Assembly (NCBI GenBank): GCA_963837465.1
Contig: CAWINB010000004.1
Coordinates: forward strand, 330,853-394,852
Direction: 5' to 3'
Source: Candidatus Doudnabacteria bacterium
GTDB lineage: Bacteria > Patescibacteriota > Doudnabacteria > UBA920
Length of the DNA stretch: 64,000 nucleotides
The translations under genes were made by a program, and so were the position numbers. Shown here piece after piece: positions 1 through 10,360 of this stretch. The notes under the pieces are model-generated. The model had not been told where the DNA came from. It was given only the letters and a program-made list of their open reading frames with translations, and ran no database searches. How positions within the stretch are numbered: position 1 is the stretch's first letter; the number at the start of each line of letters is the position of its first letter.

Positions 1-96
1 GCCGTAGCCAGGCAGTTTTATCGTTTCCGCGGCAATACAGAGTTATCTAAACAGCCAATCTTAGCCTTAAATTAATTTGTGGTAAAATAAAATTAT

Positions 97-507
97 ATGG
101 AAAACAACATAACAATCACCATTCAACGTTTTACTGAGTGGGCAAAACTAAAACTTAGTATTCACCTTAACCATGACCCTGGAGCTATTTATTTTAAAGA
201 GCGACAAATTTGGTGGGTGAGCTTAGGGCAGAACATTGGCAGCGAGCAAAACGGCAAGCACAAAAACTTTGAGCGTCCGGTGTTAGTCCTTAAAAAGTTT
301 AACGCTGAAATGTTTTTGGCCGTTCCTCTGTCTAGCCAGGTTAAGCCTGGCGACTACAGATTTGTCTTTGAGCGCAACCAAACAAAATTTACAGCTAACT
401 TATCTCAAATTAGAGTGTTAAGCAGTAAGCGTCTGCTCCGATTAGTGGACAAAATGGAAGAATCAGACTTTGAAAATCTGCAGCAAATATTCCGCAAGCT
501 GACTTAA
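97..507 (+). CDS. PemK/MazF-like type II toxin
   Basis: 136-aa ORF. The string IWWVSLGQNIGSEQNGK...RPVLVLKKFN...AVPLSS fits the PemK/MazF toxin pattern. No antitoxin ORF lies between the window start and 97. Confidence 0.6.
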   Translation: MENNITITIQRFTEWAKLKLSIHLNHDPGAIYFKERQIWWVSLGQNIGSEQNGKHKNFERPVLVLKKFNAEMFLAVPLSSQVKPGDYRFVFERNQTKFTANLSQIRVLSSKRLLRLVDKMEESDFENLQQIFRKLT

Positions 508-518
508 ACAAGTAAAAA

Positions 519-548
519 GCCACTGGCCTAATAACCGGTGGCTTTTAA
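519..548 (+). terminator. Rho-independent terminator after the toxin gene
   Basis: gccactgg / ccggtggc 8-bp stem (one G-U) followed by tttt. Two further perfect hairpins follow at 557-576 (ggcctccc tttc gggaggcc) and 580-597. Confidence 0.55.
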
Positions 549-677
549 AAAATAACGGCCTCCCTTTCGGGAGGCCTCGGAACTCCTTACGGAGTCAAAA
601 TGTATTTATACATTAGCAGGTGTATAAGTACCTTGTCAAGCAATTTTACAAAATTTTAAAAAGTGTTATAATCAAGG

Positions 678-854
678 CACAATTTAATTGCCTAAACCTA
701 TAGCAATATGGGCATGGCATAAAACCCTTGAGAGATACTGAACCCCGCGTTCAGCGTCCTCTCAAGGTCTTGCTCGGAAACGGGTATGTGGCCGCAAGGC
801 CTCGTTGACACGGGGCTTTGTGTAAGCAAAATTATTAAGAATTAAAAAAACCAA
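678..854 (+). ncRNA. Candidate structured 5' leader RNA upstream of the bPH_2 membrane protein gene
   Basis: Extended -10 tgttataat at 664-672. Nested hairpin 726-767 (ccttgaga/tctcaagg enclosing ctgaa/ttcag). GAAA-capped hairpin at 773-784 and GCAA-capped hairpin at 790-801. Confidence 0.2.
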
Positions 855-2057
855 ATGGACCAACAATCTAGTTTCCAAATGCAGTATCCCTTAAGCCCTA
901 AAAAGTTCTGGAAAAAAATTTTTCCGAACCTGTTTACTTATTTTTTTCTTGCGATTATACCAGGTTTAGCTATTGGGTTTATAGTATTTCTTGCCCTCGG
1001 CGGCGGTAATGGCAGTAGTAATGGTTCAATATTGCCTTACTTAGGCTATGCTTTTGTTTGTACTCTAATTTCCTATGCGGCAATTATCTCTTTAAATGCC
1101 TGGTACATAAAAACCTATATCAAAAGATATTACTATGATTGTAGCGACCAGTTTGTAACAATCAAAAAAGGAGTTTTTACTCCTACAGAAATTCATGTGC
1201 AATATCCCAAAATCCAGGATGTATATGTTGACCAAGATTTTTTAGACAGACTAATGGGATTATATGATGTCCATATTGCTAGCGCTACCGTAACTTCCGG
1301 CATTGAAGCTCATATTGACGGTGTTGAAAAAGATGTAGCCGAAGCCATTAAAAATTTTTTGCTGGCAAAAATTCAAGGTGTTAGTATGTCATCTGGTGTT
1401 CCAACTCCTGGGCAACCTGCAGGCATGGCTCCGGCAGCTCCAATGCCTCCACGGGCAGCCAGCTTTCAGTCGACTACAAAAGTTTCCAGCGACACTTTTC
1501 CCATTAGCGGTGCATGGACATTTAGCGCAATAATAGGTGCCTTCTTTTATAGTCTGCTGCTAACGTTGATTTTTGGCAGCTGGATTGGCAGGCTTGCCGT
1601 GGATGTATTTTCCTCTTCATCAGTAAATTCTACTGATGCAGGAGCTATCTTAGGCTATGCATTTTTACTTTTTTTACTTATTTTCTTTGGAAGAATAATT
1701 TGGGTCTTGATTTGGAAAAGCAGTTATTATTTTGAGTTTTTACCTGATTATATTTTACTCCGCACAGGCGTAATTAGCAGATCAGAAAACCACTTGCCTT
1801 ATAAATCAATCCAGAATGTTACCAATAAACAAGGTATTATTGAAAGAATGTTAGGCATTGCTACTGTTAGTGTAGAAAATGCAGCCTTTGTTACCAGTAA
1901 CGCTCCGCGATCATTCTCTCTTGGAGGCCGCTCTAGCAGCAGGTCAGCCGGTATCGCGCTTATTGGCCAGCCAAAAGAAAGAGCCGAACAACTGAATCAA
2001 CTCTTGAACCAAATTACAAGCGCACAGGGTAACACAAGCGTCTTGATGGGGGTTTAA
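855..2057 (+). CDS. Membrane protein with two bacterial PH (bPH_2, YdbT/YdbS-like) domains
   Basis: 400-aa ORF with TM segments. Two repeats of the bPH_2 pattern: FVTIKKGVFTPTEIHVQYPKIQDVYVDQDFLDRLMGLYDVHI and ILLRTGVISRSENHLPYKSIQNVTNKQGIIERMLGIATVSV. Confidence 0.6.
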   Translation: MDQQSSFQMQYPLSPKKFWKKIFPNLFTYFFLAIIPGLAIGFIVFLALGGGNGSSNGSILPYLGYAFVCTLISYAAIISLNAWYIKTYIKRYYYDCSDQFVTIKKGVFTPTEIHVQYPKIQDVYVDQDFLDRLMGLYDVHIASATVTSGIEAHIDGVEKDVAEAIKNFLLAKIQGVSMSSGVPTPGQPAGMAPAAPMPPRAASFQSTTKVSSDTFPISGAWTFSAIIGAFFYSLLLTLIFGSWIGRLAVDVFSSSSVNSTDAGAILGYAFLLFLLIFFGRIIWVLIWKSSYYFEFLPDYILLRTGVISRSENHLPYKSIQNVTNKQGIIERMLGIATVSVENAAFVTSNAPRSFSLGGRSSSRSAGIALIGQPKERAEQLNQLLNQITSAQGNTSVLMGV

Positions 2058-2795
2058 TTTTTTACCAATAAGGACAGGGTTAATACTAAATTGAGTCTAT
2101 GCTAAATCAAGAAGCCTTAGATTATATAAAACAAAACCGGAATGCTGGAATAAACGACCAAGTTATTAGGCAAAATTTGGTCAACGCGGGTTGGCCTGTG
2201 GCAGATATAGACAGTGCTTTTTCTAATAATGCGCACGTCGCCCAATTTCAGAGTCCAACACTGCCCCTTTCCTCTAATGCAAACAAAGTTCCGGTTTTTA
2301 AGATTTTAGTAGTCGGTTTTATTTTTCTTATTGTTTTAGCAGGAGTTGGTTGGCTATTGATAAGTCATACAAAAAAAATTACACCCACTTTGCTCAATCA
2401 AAATCTTGGGGATGTTAAACCAACAGACACCCAGCCACAAGATATTGATGTTTTGCCAATGTATGGCGGCTACCAAAAAACCGCGGCCGAGCAAAAAGCT
2501 GATACTGATTTTATAAATACGGCGAGCCAAGTGTCTGGGGGTCGCACAGCAGCTGCAGCCACTTTAGTTCAGACTGCTAACCAATCTTTAAATCAGGGAG
2601 ATTACGATACAGCAATAAAAAGTTTTAACCAGGCGTGGCTCTTGGATTGGAATAATTCCGATATCTATAAAGGGTATATTCAGGTAAGTGAAAAACAAAA
2701 CACACTCCTTGACTTACGTCAGTCTACTGAAAGAACCGTTGCTCAATACCCACAGCAAGCAACTATACAATGTTTTTTAGGGGTTATAGATACTA

Positions 2796-3928
2796 TTGAC
2801 TTTCGCCAATTAGATTGAATAGTCTTAAACATAGAGTACCGAGGCTCTCAGAAATCCCCGTAACAGTTCCCGGTCATTCCTGATTTTACGATAACTCCTG
2901 CCAACCGCGGCCTTTAACAGCGGCAAGCCTTTGGGCCGCAGGTTGCATAAATGTTTGTTCTTCATAGCGGACCACAGGTATTCGGCCGGGTTGAGTTCCG
3001 GCGCGTAAGCCGGAAACCGCTCCACCTTCAGCCAATGCTTTTGAGTTTTGAGGTATTCTATCGTCGCTTTAGCCTTATGCGCCGATAGTCCGTCCCAAAA
3101 CAACAACAGCTTCTTACCCTTTAAGTGGCGTTTCAGTTCTTTTAAATAGTCAATAACATCGGGAAATTTGACGCTATGGGGCAGGCTTTTTAAAAACAAC
3201 CGGGGATTATTGCCTTTAGGGGTACAAACAATTGTCCCGGAAAGGCTCATTGTCGCCCAAGAGCCCGTGGATTGTATTATCGGCGTCCTGCCCACCACAG
3301 ACCAGGTTCTTCTGACAGTAGGTTTTTCAGAAATTCCCGACTCATCGTGGAAGCCCAGTAAATACAGGTGTTTATCAGCCCATTTTTTTTAAGGCCGGAA
3401 AGCTTTGAACTTTCCAGGCTTTGATGGCTGACTCATCGCGTTCTTTGGCTCTGGTTTCAGGCTTTTGGCAGGAAAAGCCCAAAGAGATGAGAATTTTCCA
3501 GACATGGCCCGGGTGGTAGTTAACCTTACTGATGCTTTTAATTACCTTGCCGATCCTTTGAAGTGTCCATAAGTCGGTGGAATAACCCAGGGCTTTGGGG
3601 CCCTTTAAGATAGCGGCTTTGAGCTTTCTCCGGTCTTCATTATCCAGTTGAGGCTTGGGGCCGGGCCTGCCCTTGCTTTTTAAGCCCTCTAAACCGCCAT
3701 CTTTATAGAGCTCCACCCAGTTACTGACCGCCTCAAAGCTGACTTTTAGCTTTTTGGCTATAAAATACTGGCTTTTGCCCTGGCTATGGAGCCTGATGGC
3801 TTGTCTGCGGCGCGACTCCAGCGCCTGTGGATCCCGTTTGCGAGACCCTGAAGATATATGTTTGTTTTTCATATACCTTCATGGTAGCACAAAATTAATC
3901 CATATTCAAGCTAATTGGCGAAGGTCAA
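2796..3928 (-). mobile_element. IS630-family insertion sequence (about 1.13 kb)
   Basis: 26-bp terminal inverted repeats, ttgactttcgccaattagattgaata (2796-2821) and its complement at 3903-3928, with 24/26 matching. TA on both flanks (2794-2795, 3929-3930). Encodes an HTH plus DDE transposase. Confidence 0.85.
2825..3872 (-). CDS. IS630-family DDE transposase, read in two frames across an A8 tract
   Basis: N-terminal HTH ORF 3375..3872 ends ...PALKKMG*. The next frame continues WADKHLYLLGFHDESGISEKPTVRRTWSVVGRTP... into ORF 2825..3298. The frames meet in the T8/A8 run at 3383-3390. A +1 shift, or loss of one A, would fuse them. Confidence 0.8.
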
Positions 3929-4727
3929 TAGTTTTGCTTCTGATTACCAAAATACACAAACAGATTTATCAAGCATAGAAAAAGCAGAGTTTGAAAAAGG
4001 ATTGGCTTTAGATAATAATAATCCATTTTGCCAGTTGAACTACGCGGCTTCACTTTATGTTAATGGAGACTATCAGGATGCTTGGACCCATCTTGTAGCT
4101 AACTCACTTTTACCAAACAGTCGTTATGATAACCAGCTAACTTTAAATATATACAATAAAGTTCAAACCTTAAATTCTGCCGACGAATATAGTTTGATTG
4201 AAACTACTTATCAACGCCTTGGCCAGACGGATAATGCCTTTGCTATTCTTCAAAAGGGAGTTGCTTTGTATCCCAATAACGTTCCTTTAATGTGTGATCT
4301 TGGGGGCGTGTATATAAACAAGTGGTATGCCGCCGAGCAGGCCAATCCTAATGTTTCAAATGATTTATTGAAACAGGCAGAAATGTATTTGCAAAAGGGC
4401 ATACAGTTAAATCCGCAATCAGCCTCCTGTCACGGCAATTATGCACTCGCAATATATAATGATAATAGCCAAAGTTTAAGTCTTGTGTGGCCAGAAGTAG
4501 AAAAAGCGGAAAGTCTTGGATGGGTTTTTGACCAAAAATTCCTTACTAACTTACAAGCAGTATCTCCTGAGCCCAAGCAATAAGTTACAAGAAAAGTAGC
4601 CACATAAAAAAGGGCGTCGTGCGTTGGCCGATAGCCCTTTTTATATACTTTTTTGATAGAGTGGTTTTAGTATTTTTTACATGCTATAATATAAGTACAA
4701 TTTTTGTACAGGTTTTAGACCTTACAC

Positions 4728-5336
4728 TCAAATGAGTTTGAGGACATGCCACCAATTCTCAATGTAATCAGGCCTTTTGTTCTGGTACTTGAGGTAGTAG
4801 GCGTGTTCCCAAACGTCTAGGCCTATTAAGGGGATGTGGCCTTGCATTACCGGGGAGTTTTGGTTGGGTGTGGAATAGACCTGGAGCTTGCTGTCAATGT
4901 CGCGAACCAGCCAGGCCCAGCCGGAGCCAAAGCGGGTGGTAGCCGCTTCCGTAAATTTTTTCTTAAATTCATCAACAGAACCAAAAGCAGAGGTAATTTC
5001 TTCTACAAGTTTGGAATCCGGTTCTTTTTTGGGACCCATAATCTTCCAAAAAAAACTGTGGTTTAAATGGCCGCCGCCGTTGTTGCGCAGGGTGGTTTTA
5101 TCCTTTTCTTCCATTTCCAGGGACTCAAAATTTTCCAGCAGATTTTCCAGAGGCTGCTCGGCCAAATTTGGGTATTTTTCCAACACAGCGTTGAGCTTAT
5201 CTATATATGCCTGATGGTGTTTGGTGTAATGTATTTCCATTGTTTTGGCGTCAATATAAGGCTCCAAGGCATTATAGTCGTAGTTTAATTTGGGTAGTTC
5301 ATATTTTCCGCCGGAGGCGGACATATCAGTATTCAT
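4728..5336 (-). CDS. sod: Fe/Mn superoxide dismutase
   Basis: YELPKLNYDYNALEPYIDAKTMEIHYTKHHQAY... and DVWEHAYYLKYQNKRPDYI are canonical Fe/Mn-SOD motifs. Confidence 0.95.
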   Translation of the reverse strand: MNTDMSASGGKYELPKLNYDYNALEPYIDAKTMEIHYTKHHQAYIDKLNAVLEKYPNLAEQPLENLLENFESLEMEEKDKTTLRNNGGGHLNHSFFWKIMGPKKEPDSKLVEEITSAFGSVDEFKKKFTEAATTRFGSGWAWLVRDIDSKLQVYSTPNQNSPVMQGHIPLIGLDVWEHAYYLKYQNKRPDYIENWWHVLKLI

Positions 5337-5726
5337 ATAATTTCCTTTCTTTAAGTTTTCTGTCTAAATTATATCACATACTGGGTTAAATTTTTATTAA
5401 GTCTCAAAAAAACGGGCTTTTGACACCACGGGGCATTTATGGTAGCATAATGTTACTTGGAATTTATTGATCCTCCTTCGCTAAAGCTTCGGAGGACAAG
5501 CTTCTAATATAGCATAGTAATTTGTAGCCATTAATTTCCGTGCGAAAGATTTTGCCGTAGTTTATATGCAATTTTTGTCTTCTTTTAGAGCGTTTATTGG
5601 GACCGTGCTAAATTTTGGTTCATCGGCCGTTTCTCAAATCTTATTTACTGCTTAAAGTTTGGCTAAAACTTTGGGTTTTTGCATATACGGGTAAAAATCC
5701 TTATCGCGCGGATATAGGGAATTTTT

Positions 5727-7268
5727 ATGATGACGATTTTCGCCGCGATTATAGCGGCAGCAGCCGGGTTGGCCGTGGGGTATTTTGTCCGCAACTCCAT
5801 TGCCGGCAAAAAAGTTGCAGGCGCGGAAACCAGGGCGGAAAAAATCCTGGAAGATGCCAAGGCCCGGGAAAAAGAACTGTTACTGGACGCCAAAACCAGA
5901 AGCCTGGAAATAATTGACCAGGCCAAAAAGCAGGAAGCCGAGTTCCGCGGCCAGATTGTAAGGTTTGAAGACCGCATAGACCGCAAAGAAAAAGAACTGG
6001 ACCAGAAATCCAATCTTTTAGATAGGCAAAAAAGCGATTTGGAGCAAAAAGGCGAACAGATTAAGCAAATCCAGGAAGAAATCAAGGAAGCGCGCCAGAA
6101 GCAGCTGGATAATCTGCAAAAGATTGCCGGTATGACGCGCGAGGAAGCCGCCAAAGTTTTGCTGGATAACGCTGAAAAGACCATAAAGGAAGAAATGGTC
6201 GGCCTGCATAAAAAACTGCTGGAACAAACGCGCGAAGACGCGGAGCGCGACGGCCGCAACATTGTGGCCCAGGCTATTGAACGCGTGGCCAGCGAAGTTA
6301 CGGCGGAAGTTACCACCACCACGGTACAAATCCCCAGTGAAGAAATGAAGGGCCGCATTATAGGAAAAGAGGGCCGCAACATCCGCGCTTTTGAACAGAT
6401 GATGGGCGTGGAAATTTTAATTGATGATAGTCCCGATACGGTAGTCATCAGCGGCTTTAATTCCATACGCCGCCACATTGCCAAACTGACTTTGGAAAAG
6501 CTGCTGGCCGATGGACGCATCCATCCTGCCAGAATTGAAGAAGCTTACGAAAAAAGCAAGGCGGAAATTAACGAACAAATCAAGCAGGCCGGCGAACAGG
6601 CGGTTTACGAACTTGGCATTGCCAATTTTCCGCCAAAACTGGTTCATCTTATAGGCCGGCTGCTGTTTAGAACATCTTATGGCCAGAATATTTTGCGCCA
6701 CAGCGTGGAAATGGCCAAAATTGGCGCGCTTATGGCGGAGGAATTGGGCGCGGATGTTTTAATCACCAAACAGGGCGCGCTGCTGCATGACATCGGCAAA
6801 GCCCTGGACCAGGATCTGGAAGGCAGCCACGTGGAGCTGGGTAAAAAAGTGGCGGAAAAATTCGGCCTGGATCCAAGAGTGGTGGAGGCCATTGCCAGCC
6901 ATCACCACGATACCGATGTTTCCGGCAAAAGCGTGGCCGCGCAAAGCGTGGAAGCTATTATAGTTGATGCCTGCGACAATATTTCCGGCGCGCGGCCGGG
7001 AGCGAGAAAAGATTCTTTGGAAAATTACATAAAACGTTTAACGGATTTGGAAAATATCGCCAACTCTTACGAGGGCGTGGAAAAAACCTACGCCATCCAG
7101 GGCGGCCGCGAAATCCGCGTGTTTGTTACCCCATCTAAATTAGATGACCTTGCCTGCCAAAAATTGGCGCGCGATATTGCCAATCGTCTGGAGCAAGAGT
7201 TGAAGTTCCCGGGGGAAATTAAGGTGCATGTTATCCGCGAGACGCGCGTCATAGAATACGCGAGGTAG
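5727..7268 (+). CDS. rny: Ribonuclease Y
   Basis: N-terminal TM helix, long coiled coil, KH domain (GKEGRNIRAFEQMMGVEILIDD) and HD domain (LLHDIGKA...HH). 513 aa. Confidence 0.95.
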   Translation: MMTIFAAIIAAAAGLAVGYFVRNSIAGKKVAGAETRAEKILEDAKAREKELLLDAKTRSLEIIDQAKKQEAEFRGQIVRFEDRIDRKEKELDQKSNLLDRQKSDLEQKGEQIKQIQEEIKEARQKQLDNLQKIAGMTREEAAKVLLDNAEKTIKEEMVGLHKKLLEQTREDAERDGRNIVAQAIERVASEVTAEVTTTTVQIPSEEMKGRIIGKEGRNIRAFEQMMGVEILIDDSPDTVVISGFNSIRRHIAKLTLEKLLADGRIHPARIEEAYEKSKAEINEQIKQAGEQAVYELGIANFPPKLVHLIGRLLFRTSYGQNILRHSVEMAKIGALMAEELGADVLITKQGALLHDIGKALDQDLEGSHVELGKKVAEKFGLDPRVVEAIASHHHDTDVSGKSVAAQSVEAIIVDACDNISGARPGARKDSLENYIKRLTDLENIANSYEGVEKTYAIQGGREIRVFVTPSKLDDLACQKLARDIANRLEQELKFPGEIKVHVIRETRVIEYAR

Positions 7269-7446
7269 CATATAGACTCTCCATCCCGGAATTTTTTGCG
7301 CCGATGGTAATTCATAAGCCGCAAAAAATATCCGGGATCCAGAACAAAGCTTAATCCTGGACCCAGGATATTTTTCACCTGATGATAGGCGCTGAAGTGA
7401 AAAATTCGGGGGTGGAAACAGTTTGACTTTTTTATTAAAACGCAAG

Positions 7447-8247
7447 ATGCCCAAAATTCTTTTCATCGGTGACGTCGTCGGAAAACCCGGGAGAAAAATT
7501 CTTTCCCAGGTTTTGCCTGTGTGGAAAGAAAAATATAAGCCGGATGCCACCATTGTCAACGTGGAAAACCTGGCGCACGGCAAAGGGGTGACGCCGACAA
7601 CTTTGGCGGAAGTGGAAGCCCTGGACGCGGATTGTTTTACTTCCGGCAACCACATTTTTAAAAAAAAGGATTTATCCAACGAATGCTTTGATATATATCC
7701 AAAACTTATCCGTCCGGCTAATTTTGGAGACTCCCCGGCCGGCCACGGGTATTACCGCTTTGCCAAAGACGGTCGGCAATATTTGATAATCAACCTAAAC
7801 GGCCAGGTGTTTATGGAAAACCAGTTTGACGGCGAGATCGGGAACCCCTTTTTGGCCGTGGACAAGCTTATTTCCGAGCAGGGGCAAAAAGGTGATATAA
7901 TAATTGTGGATTTCCACGCGGAAGCCACCAGCGAAAAAGTATCCATGGGTATACATTTAAACGGCCGGGTCGCCTCCGTGTTTGGCACCCACACCCATAT
8001 TCCCACGGCCGATGCCAGAGTGCTGTCCGGCGGCACCGCTTACATAACCGATGTCGGAATGGCAGGAACCAGAGATTCGGTTTTGGGAGTCATTCCCGCA
8101 AACGCCCTTAAAAAATTTTTGGATTCCAGCGCGAAATTTGTAAATGAGATTCAGGAAGACGGAGTGCTGATGATAAACGGGGTGTTGATAGAGATTGGCG
8201 AGAATCAGAAAGCGATAAAAATAGAAAAGCTTTATCAGGAAATATGA
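7447..8247 (+). CDS. ymdB: YmdB-family metallophosphoesterase (TIGR00282-like)
   Basis: MPKILFIGDVVGKPGRKIL...NVENLAHGKG...GNHIF...DFHAEATSEK...GTHTHIPTADARVL. Lies directly after rny, as in Firmicutes. The first ATG at 7447 is preferred to the track start at 7423. Confidence 0.85.
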   Translation: MPKILFIGDVVGKPGRKILSQVLPVWKEKYKPDATIVNVENLAHGKGVTPTTLAEVEALDADCFTSGNHIFKKKDLSNECFDIYPKLIRPANFGDSPAGHGYYRFAKDGRQYLIINLNGQVFMENQFDGEIGNPFLAVDKLISEQGQKGDIIIVDFHAEATSEKVSMGIHLNGRVASVFGTHTHIPTADARVLSGGTAYITDVGMAGTRDSVLGVIPANALKKFLDSSAKFVNEIQEDGVLMINGVLIEIGENQKAIKIEKLYQEI

Positions 8248-8480
8248 GTTTAAAAGTTATGAATGAAGGACTGCTTCCTGTTTCAAAAATAGGCGCGCTA
8301 TGCATAGCTATTTTTGGATTACTTCTGATGTATGTAAGTAAATATTTTGAACGGATGCCCATTTTTTTAGCCGCCAGTTTAATTATTGGATTCTTATTGT
8401 TTTTCCAGATATTTTTATCCTCTTTATATAAAACTCTCAAAATCAAAAACAGGTATTTAATTTGGTTTGAGATAAAGTAA
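8244..8480 (+). CDS. Small hypothetical membrane protein
   Basis: 78-aa ORF with two hydrophobic helices. Its start overlaps the ymdB stop (ATGA). Confidence 0.3.
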   Translation: MSLKVMNEGLLPVSKIGALCIAIFGLLLMYVSKYFERMPIFLAASLIIGFLLFFQIFLSSLYKTLKIKNRYLIWFEIK

Positions 8481-8484
8481 CATT

Positions 8485-8853
8485 ATGGCTCCAAAATTCT
8501 TAAACGCATCTTTGTTCATCCTTTTTGGATCCCAAAACAAAGGCCATGCCGGCGCGGCTTCCGATTTTGATATCGGCATATTGGCGGATGAGCCTTTGAC
8601 CTTTGAACAAAAAAGCAAATTAAGCGAAGAAATTGCCAAGGAGTTTGGTTTTGCGGAAGATAAAATTGACCTTGTGGACTTAAATGAGGCTTCGCCTTTG
8701 CTGCAAATGGAGGCCGCTAAAAGCGGAAAGCTCCTTAAAGGAAAAGAATCGGATTTTTTTAAATTTAAACTTTTGGCGTGGAAACGTTACCAGCACACCG
8801 CGAAATTCAGAAGAATGAGAAAAGAGCACTTACAGCAAATATATGGGCAATGA
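8485..8853 (+). CDS. MNT-type nucleotidyltransferase (type VII TA antitoxin)
   Basis: GSQNKGHAGAASDFDIGIL nucleotidyltransferase motif (GS...D.D). Overlaps the downstream DUF86 gene. Confidence 0.75.
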   Translation: MAPKFLNASLFILFGSQNKGHAGAASDFDIGILADEPLTFEQKSKLSEEIAKEFGFAEDKIDLVDLNEASPLLQMEAAKSGKLLKGKESDFFKFKLLAWKRYQHTAKFRRMRKEHLQQIYGQ

Positions 8854-9265
8854 AATTGTGGAAAAAAAATCCGAACAAATCCATTCTCTTATTGAAGAGT
8901 TAAAAGAGTGGACAGCGGTGGATTTTGGGACTTTTGACGGGACCGTGACTTTAGTGCGGGCTTGTGAAAGGAATTTGGAATTGTTAGTTGAGCTGGCCAG
9001 CGATATAAATGCCAGTATCATTTTGGAAAAACAGGGCAAGACCCCCGATAGCTACAAAGATTCTTTCCAATGGCTTCAAAAATTGGGTATAATAGGTGAA
9101 GATCTTTGCAAAAAACTCATAGATTCGGTAAAATTACGCAACGGCTTGGTGCATGAATATGAATTTGAACTTAATAACAGAAAATTTTACGATTCCATAA
9201 AGAATGATTTTATTCCCGCTTACCAAGAGTATTTAAAGTCAGTAGTCAAAAGCACCGCAAAGTAA
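8843..9265 (+). CDS. HepT/DUF86 toxin
   Basis: R-x4-H-x-Y motif (RNGLVHEY). 140 aa, overlapping the MNT gene by 11 nt. Confidence 0.75.
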   Translation: MGNEIVEKKSEQIHSLIEELKEWTAVDFGTFDGTVTLVRACERNLELLVELASDINASIILEKQGKTPDSYKDSFQWLQKLGIIGEDLCKKLIDSVKLRNGLVHEYEFELNNRKFYDSIKNDFIPAYQEYLKSVVKSTAK

Positions 9266-9294
9266 TTTACACTAATTTTCTCTCAGAAAATTAT

Positions 9295-9825
9295 ATGCCC
9301 TCAAGATTTTTAAATCCAAGCGAGGTGGTGGCGCAGACCGGCCTGATGCAGGGGCAGGTTGTGGCGGACATGGGTTGCGGCAACGGTTTTTATGTATTGC
9401 CGGCCGCGCAGATGGTTGGGCCCACGGGCACGATTATTGCCGTGGATGTTATGGAACAAAAATTGGCTGCTACCATTTCCATAGCCAACCAGTTCGGTTA
9501 CAAAAACGTGCGCGTTTTGCAGGCGGATTTGGCCAAACCGCTTTTGGATATTCCGGAAAATTATTGCGACCTGGTCATTATCGGCAATATCTTTCACGAA
9601 ATCAGCCAGAAGGACCAGCTGATAAGAAATATTTACCGGATTTTAAAATCCCAGGGCCGCGTGGTGATAGTGGAATGGAAAAAAACCGCCACGCCTTTTG
9701 GGCCACCGCTGGACAAGCGCGTGGATCAGGAGAAAATGGAAATAATGCTTATGGAGGCGGGACTGCGCAAGGACAAAGATTTGCAGGCCGACGGGTATCA
9801 TTACGCGGTGTTGTTTGAAAAATAA
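9295..9825 (+). CDS. Class I SAM-dependent methyltransferase
   Basis: VADMGCGNGFY (motif I), IIAVDV, LKSQGRVVIVEW. Confidence 0.7.
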   Translation: MPSRFLNPSEVVAQTGLMQGQVVADMGCGNGFYVLPAAQMVGPTGTIIAVDVMEQKLAATISIANQFGYKNVRVLQADLAKPLLDIPENYCDLVIIGNIFHEISQKDQLIRNIYRILKSQGRVVIVEWKKTATPFGPPLDKRVDQEKMEIMLMEAGLRKDKDLQADGYHYAVLFEK

Positions 9826-9907
9826 TCTACAGAGTTGGCGCATTAACCGCGCTACAGAAGCCTACAGAACCTGGTGGCCCTGATTGTTTCTGTAGTTTTC
9901 TGTAGAT
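9825..9907. repeat. Composite palindromic intergenic element built from CTACAGA units
   Basis: atctacaga (9825-9833), ctacagaag, ctacagaac, then the inverted ttctgtag and tctgtagat (9899-9907). Followed by tataat at 9911-9916. Confidence 0.6.
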
Positions 9908-9934
9908 TAGTATAATGAGTAATTCTATAGTTTT

Positions 9935-10333
9935 ATGAATTTAAAATCATATTTTAACTCCCAATACCTTTTTCAGATTAATTCCGCCTTTATCAGCCCT
10001 GGCGAGAAGCTTTTTTTTCTGCTGGGCGTGATTTTGCTTTTGGTCGCCGTGGTCCTGAAAATATCAGCCAAGCTTGCGCCTACCCCCGTGGACTCCGGTT
10101 ACCGCAAAAAGTTTTACGTGCTGTTGCTGACCATCGGCCTGCTGGAAATTTTTTGGTACCTGCTGCGTTACGAGAACGTGGAGTTTTTTGGCAGCCGTTT
10201 TACGGCTTTCTTGTTCCTGTTCATCGGCCTGGTCTGGCTTCTGCGCGTTTTGCTGTCGATGTTAAAAAATTACCGACCGGCTAAAGTTGCCTGGGAAAAA
10301 GAACAGGTCAGGATGAAGTATTTGCCCAAATGA
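9935..10333 (+). CDS. Hypothetical membrane protein
   Basis: 132-aa ORF with three or four hydrophobic helices. Confidence 0.4.
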   Translation: MNLKSYFNSQYLFQINSAFISPGEKLFFLLGVILLLVAVVLKISAKLAPTPVDSGYRKKFYVLLLTIGLLEIFWYLLRYENVEFFGSRFTAFLFLFIGLVWLLRVLLSMLKNYRPAKVAWEKEQVRMKYLPK

Positions 10334-10360
10334 CAAAAATAAAAAGACAAATGTTTATCC

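Larger units (their letters stand above)
2099..4583 (+). pseudogene. Membrane-anchored TPR-like repeat protein gene split by an IS630-family insertion
   Basis: ORFs 2099..2818 and 3915..4583. Removing 2796-3930 (the IS plus one TA) joins ...gat act | agt ttt gct... in frame (D T S F A S D Y Q...), which is the reading frame of the downstream ORF. Confidence 0.75.

Noticed and set aside
3168-3978. Plus-strand ORFs 3168..3392 and 3754..3978 inside the IS630 element
   Set aside because: They are antisense to the transposase frames and have no motifs. The 3915 ORF start (TTG) is an artefact of the IS right end fused to the interrupted TPR gene.
5663-6520. 285-aa minus-strand ORF, plus other antisense ORFs at 6018..6329, 6417..6701, 6677..6892 and 7140..7679
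   Set aside because: They lie entirely antisense to rny and ymdB, which have unmistakable motifs. Their Ser/Ala/Arg-rich low-complexity translations are typical of shadow ORFs.
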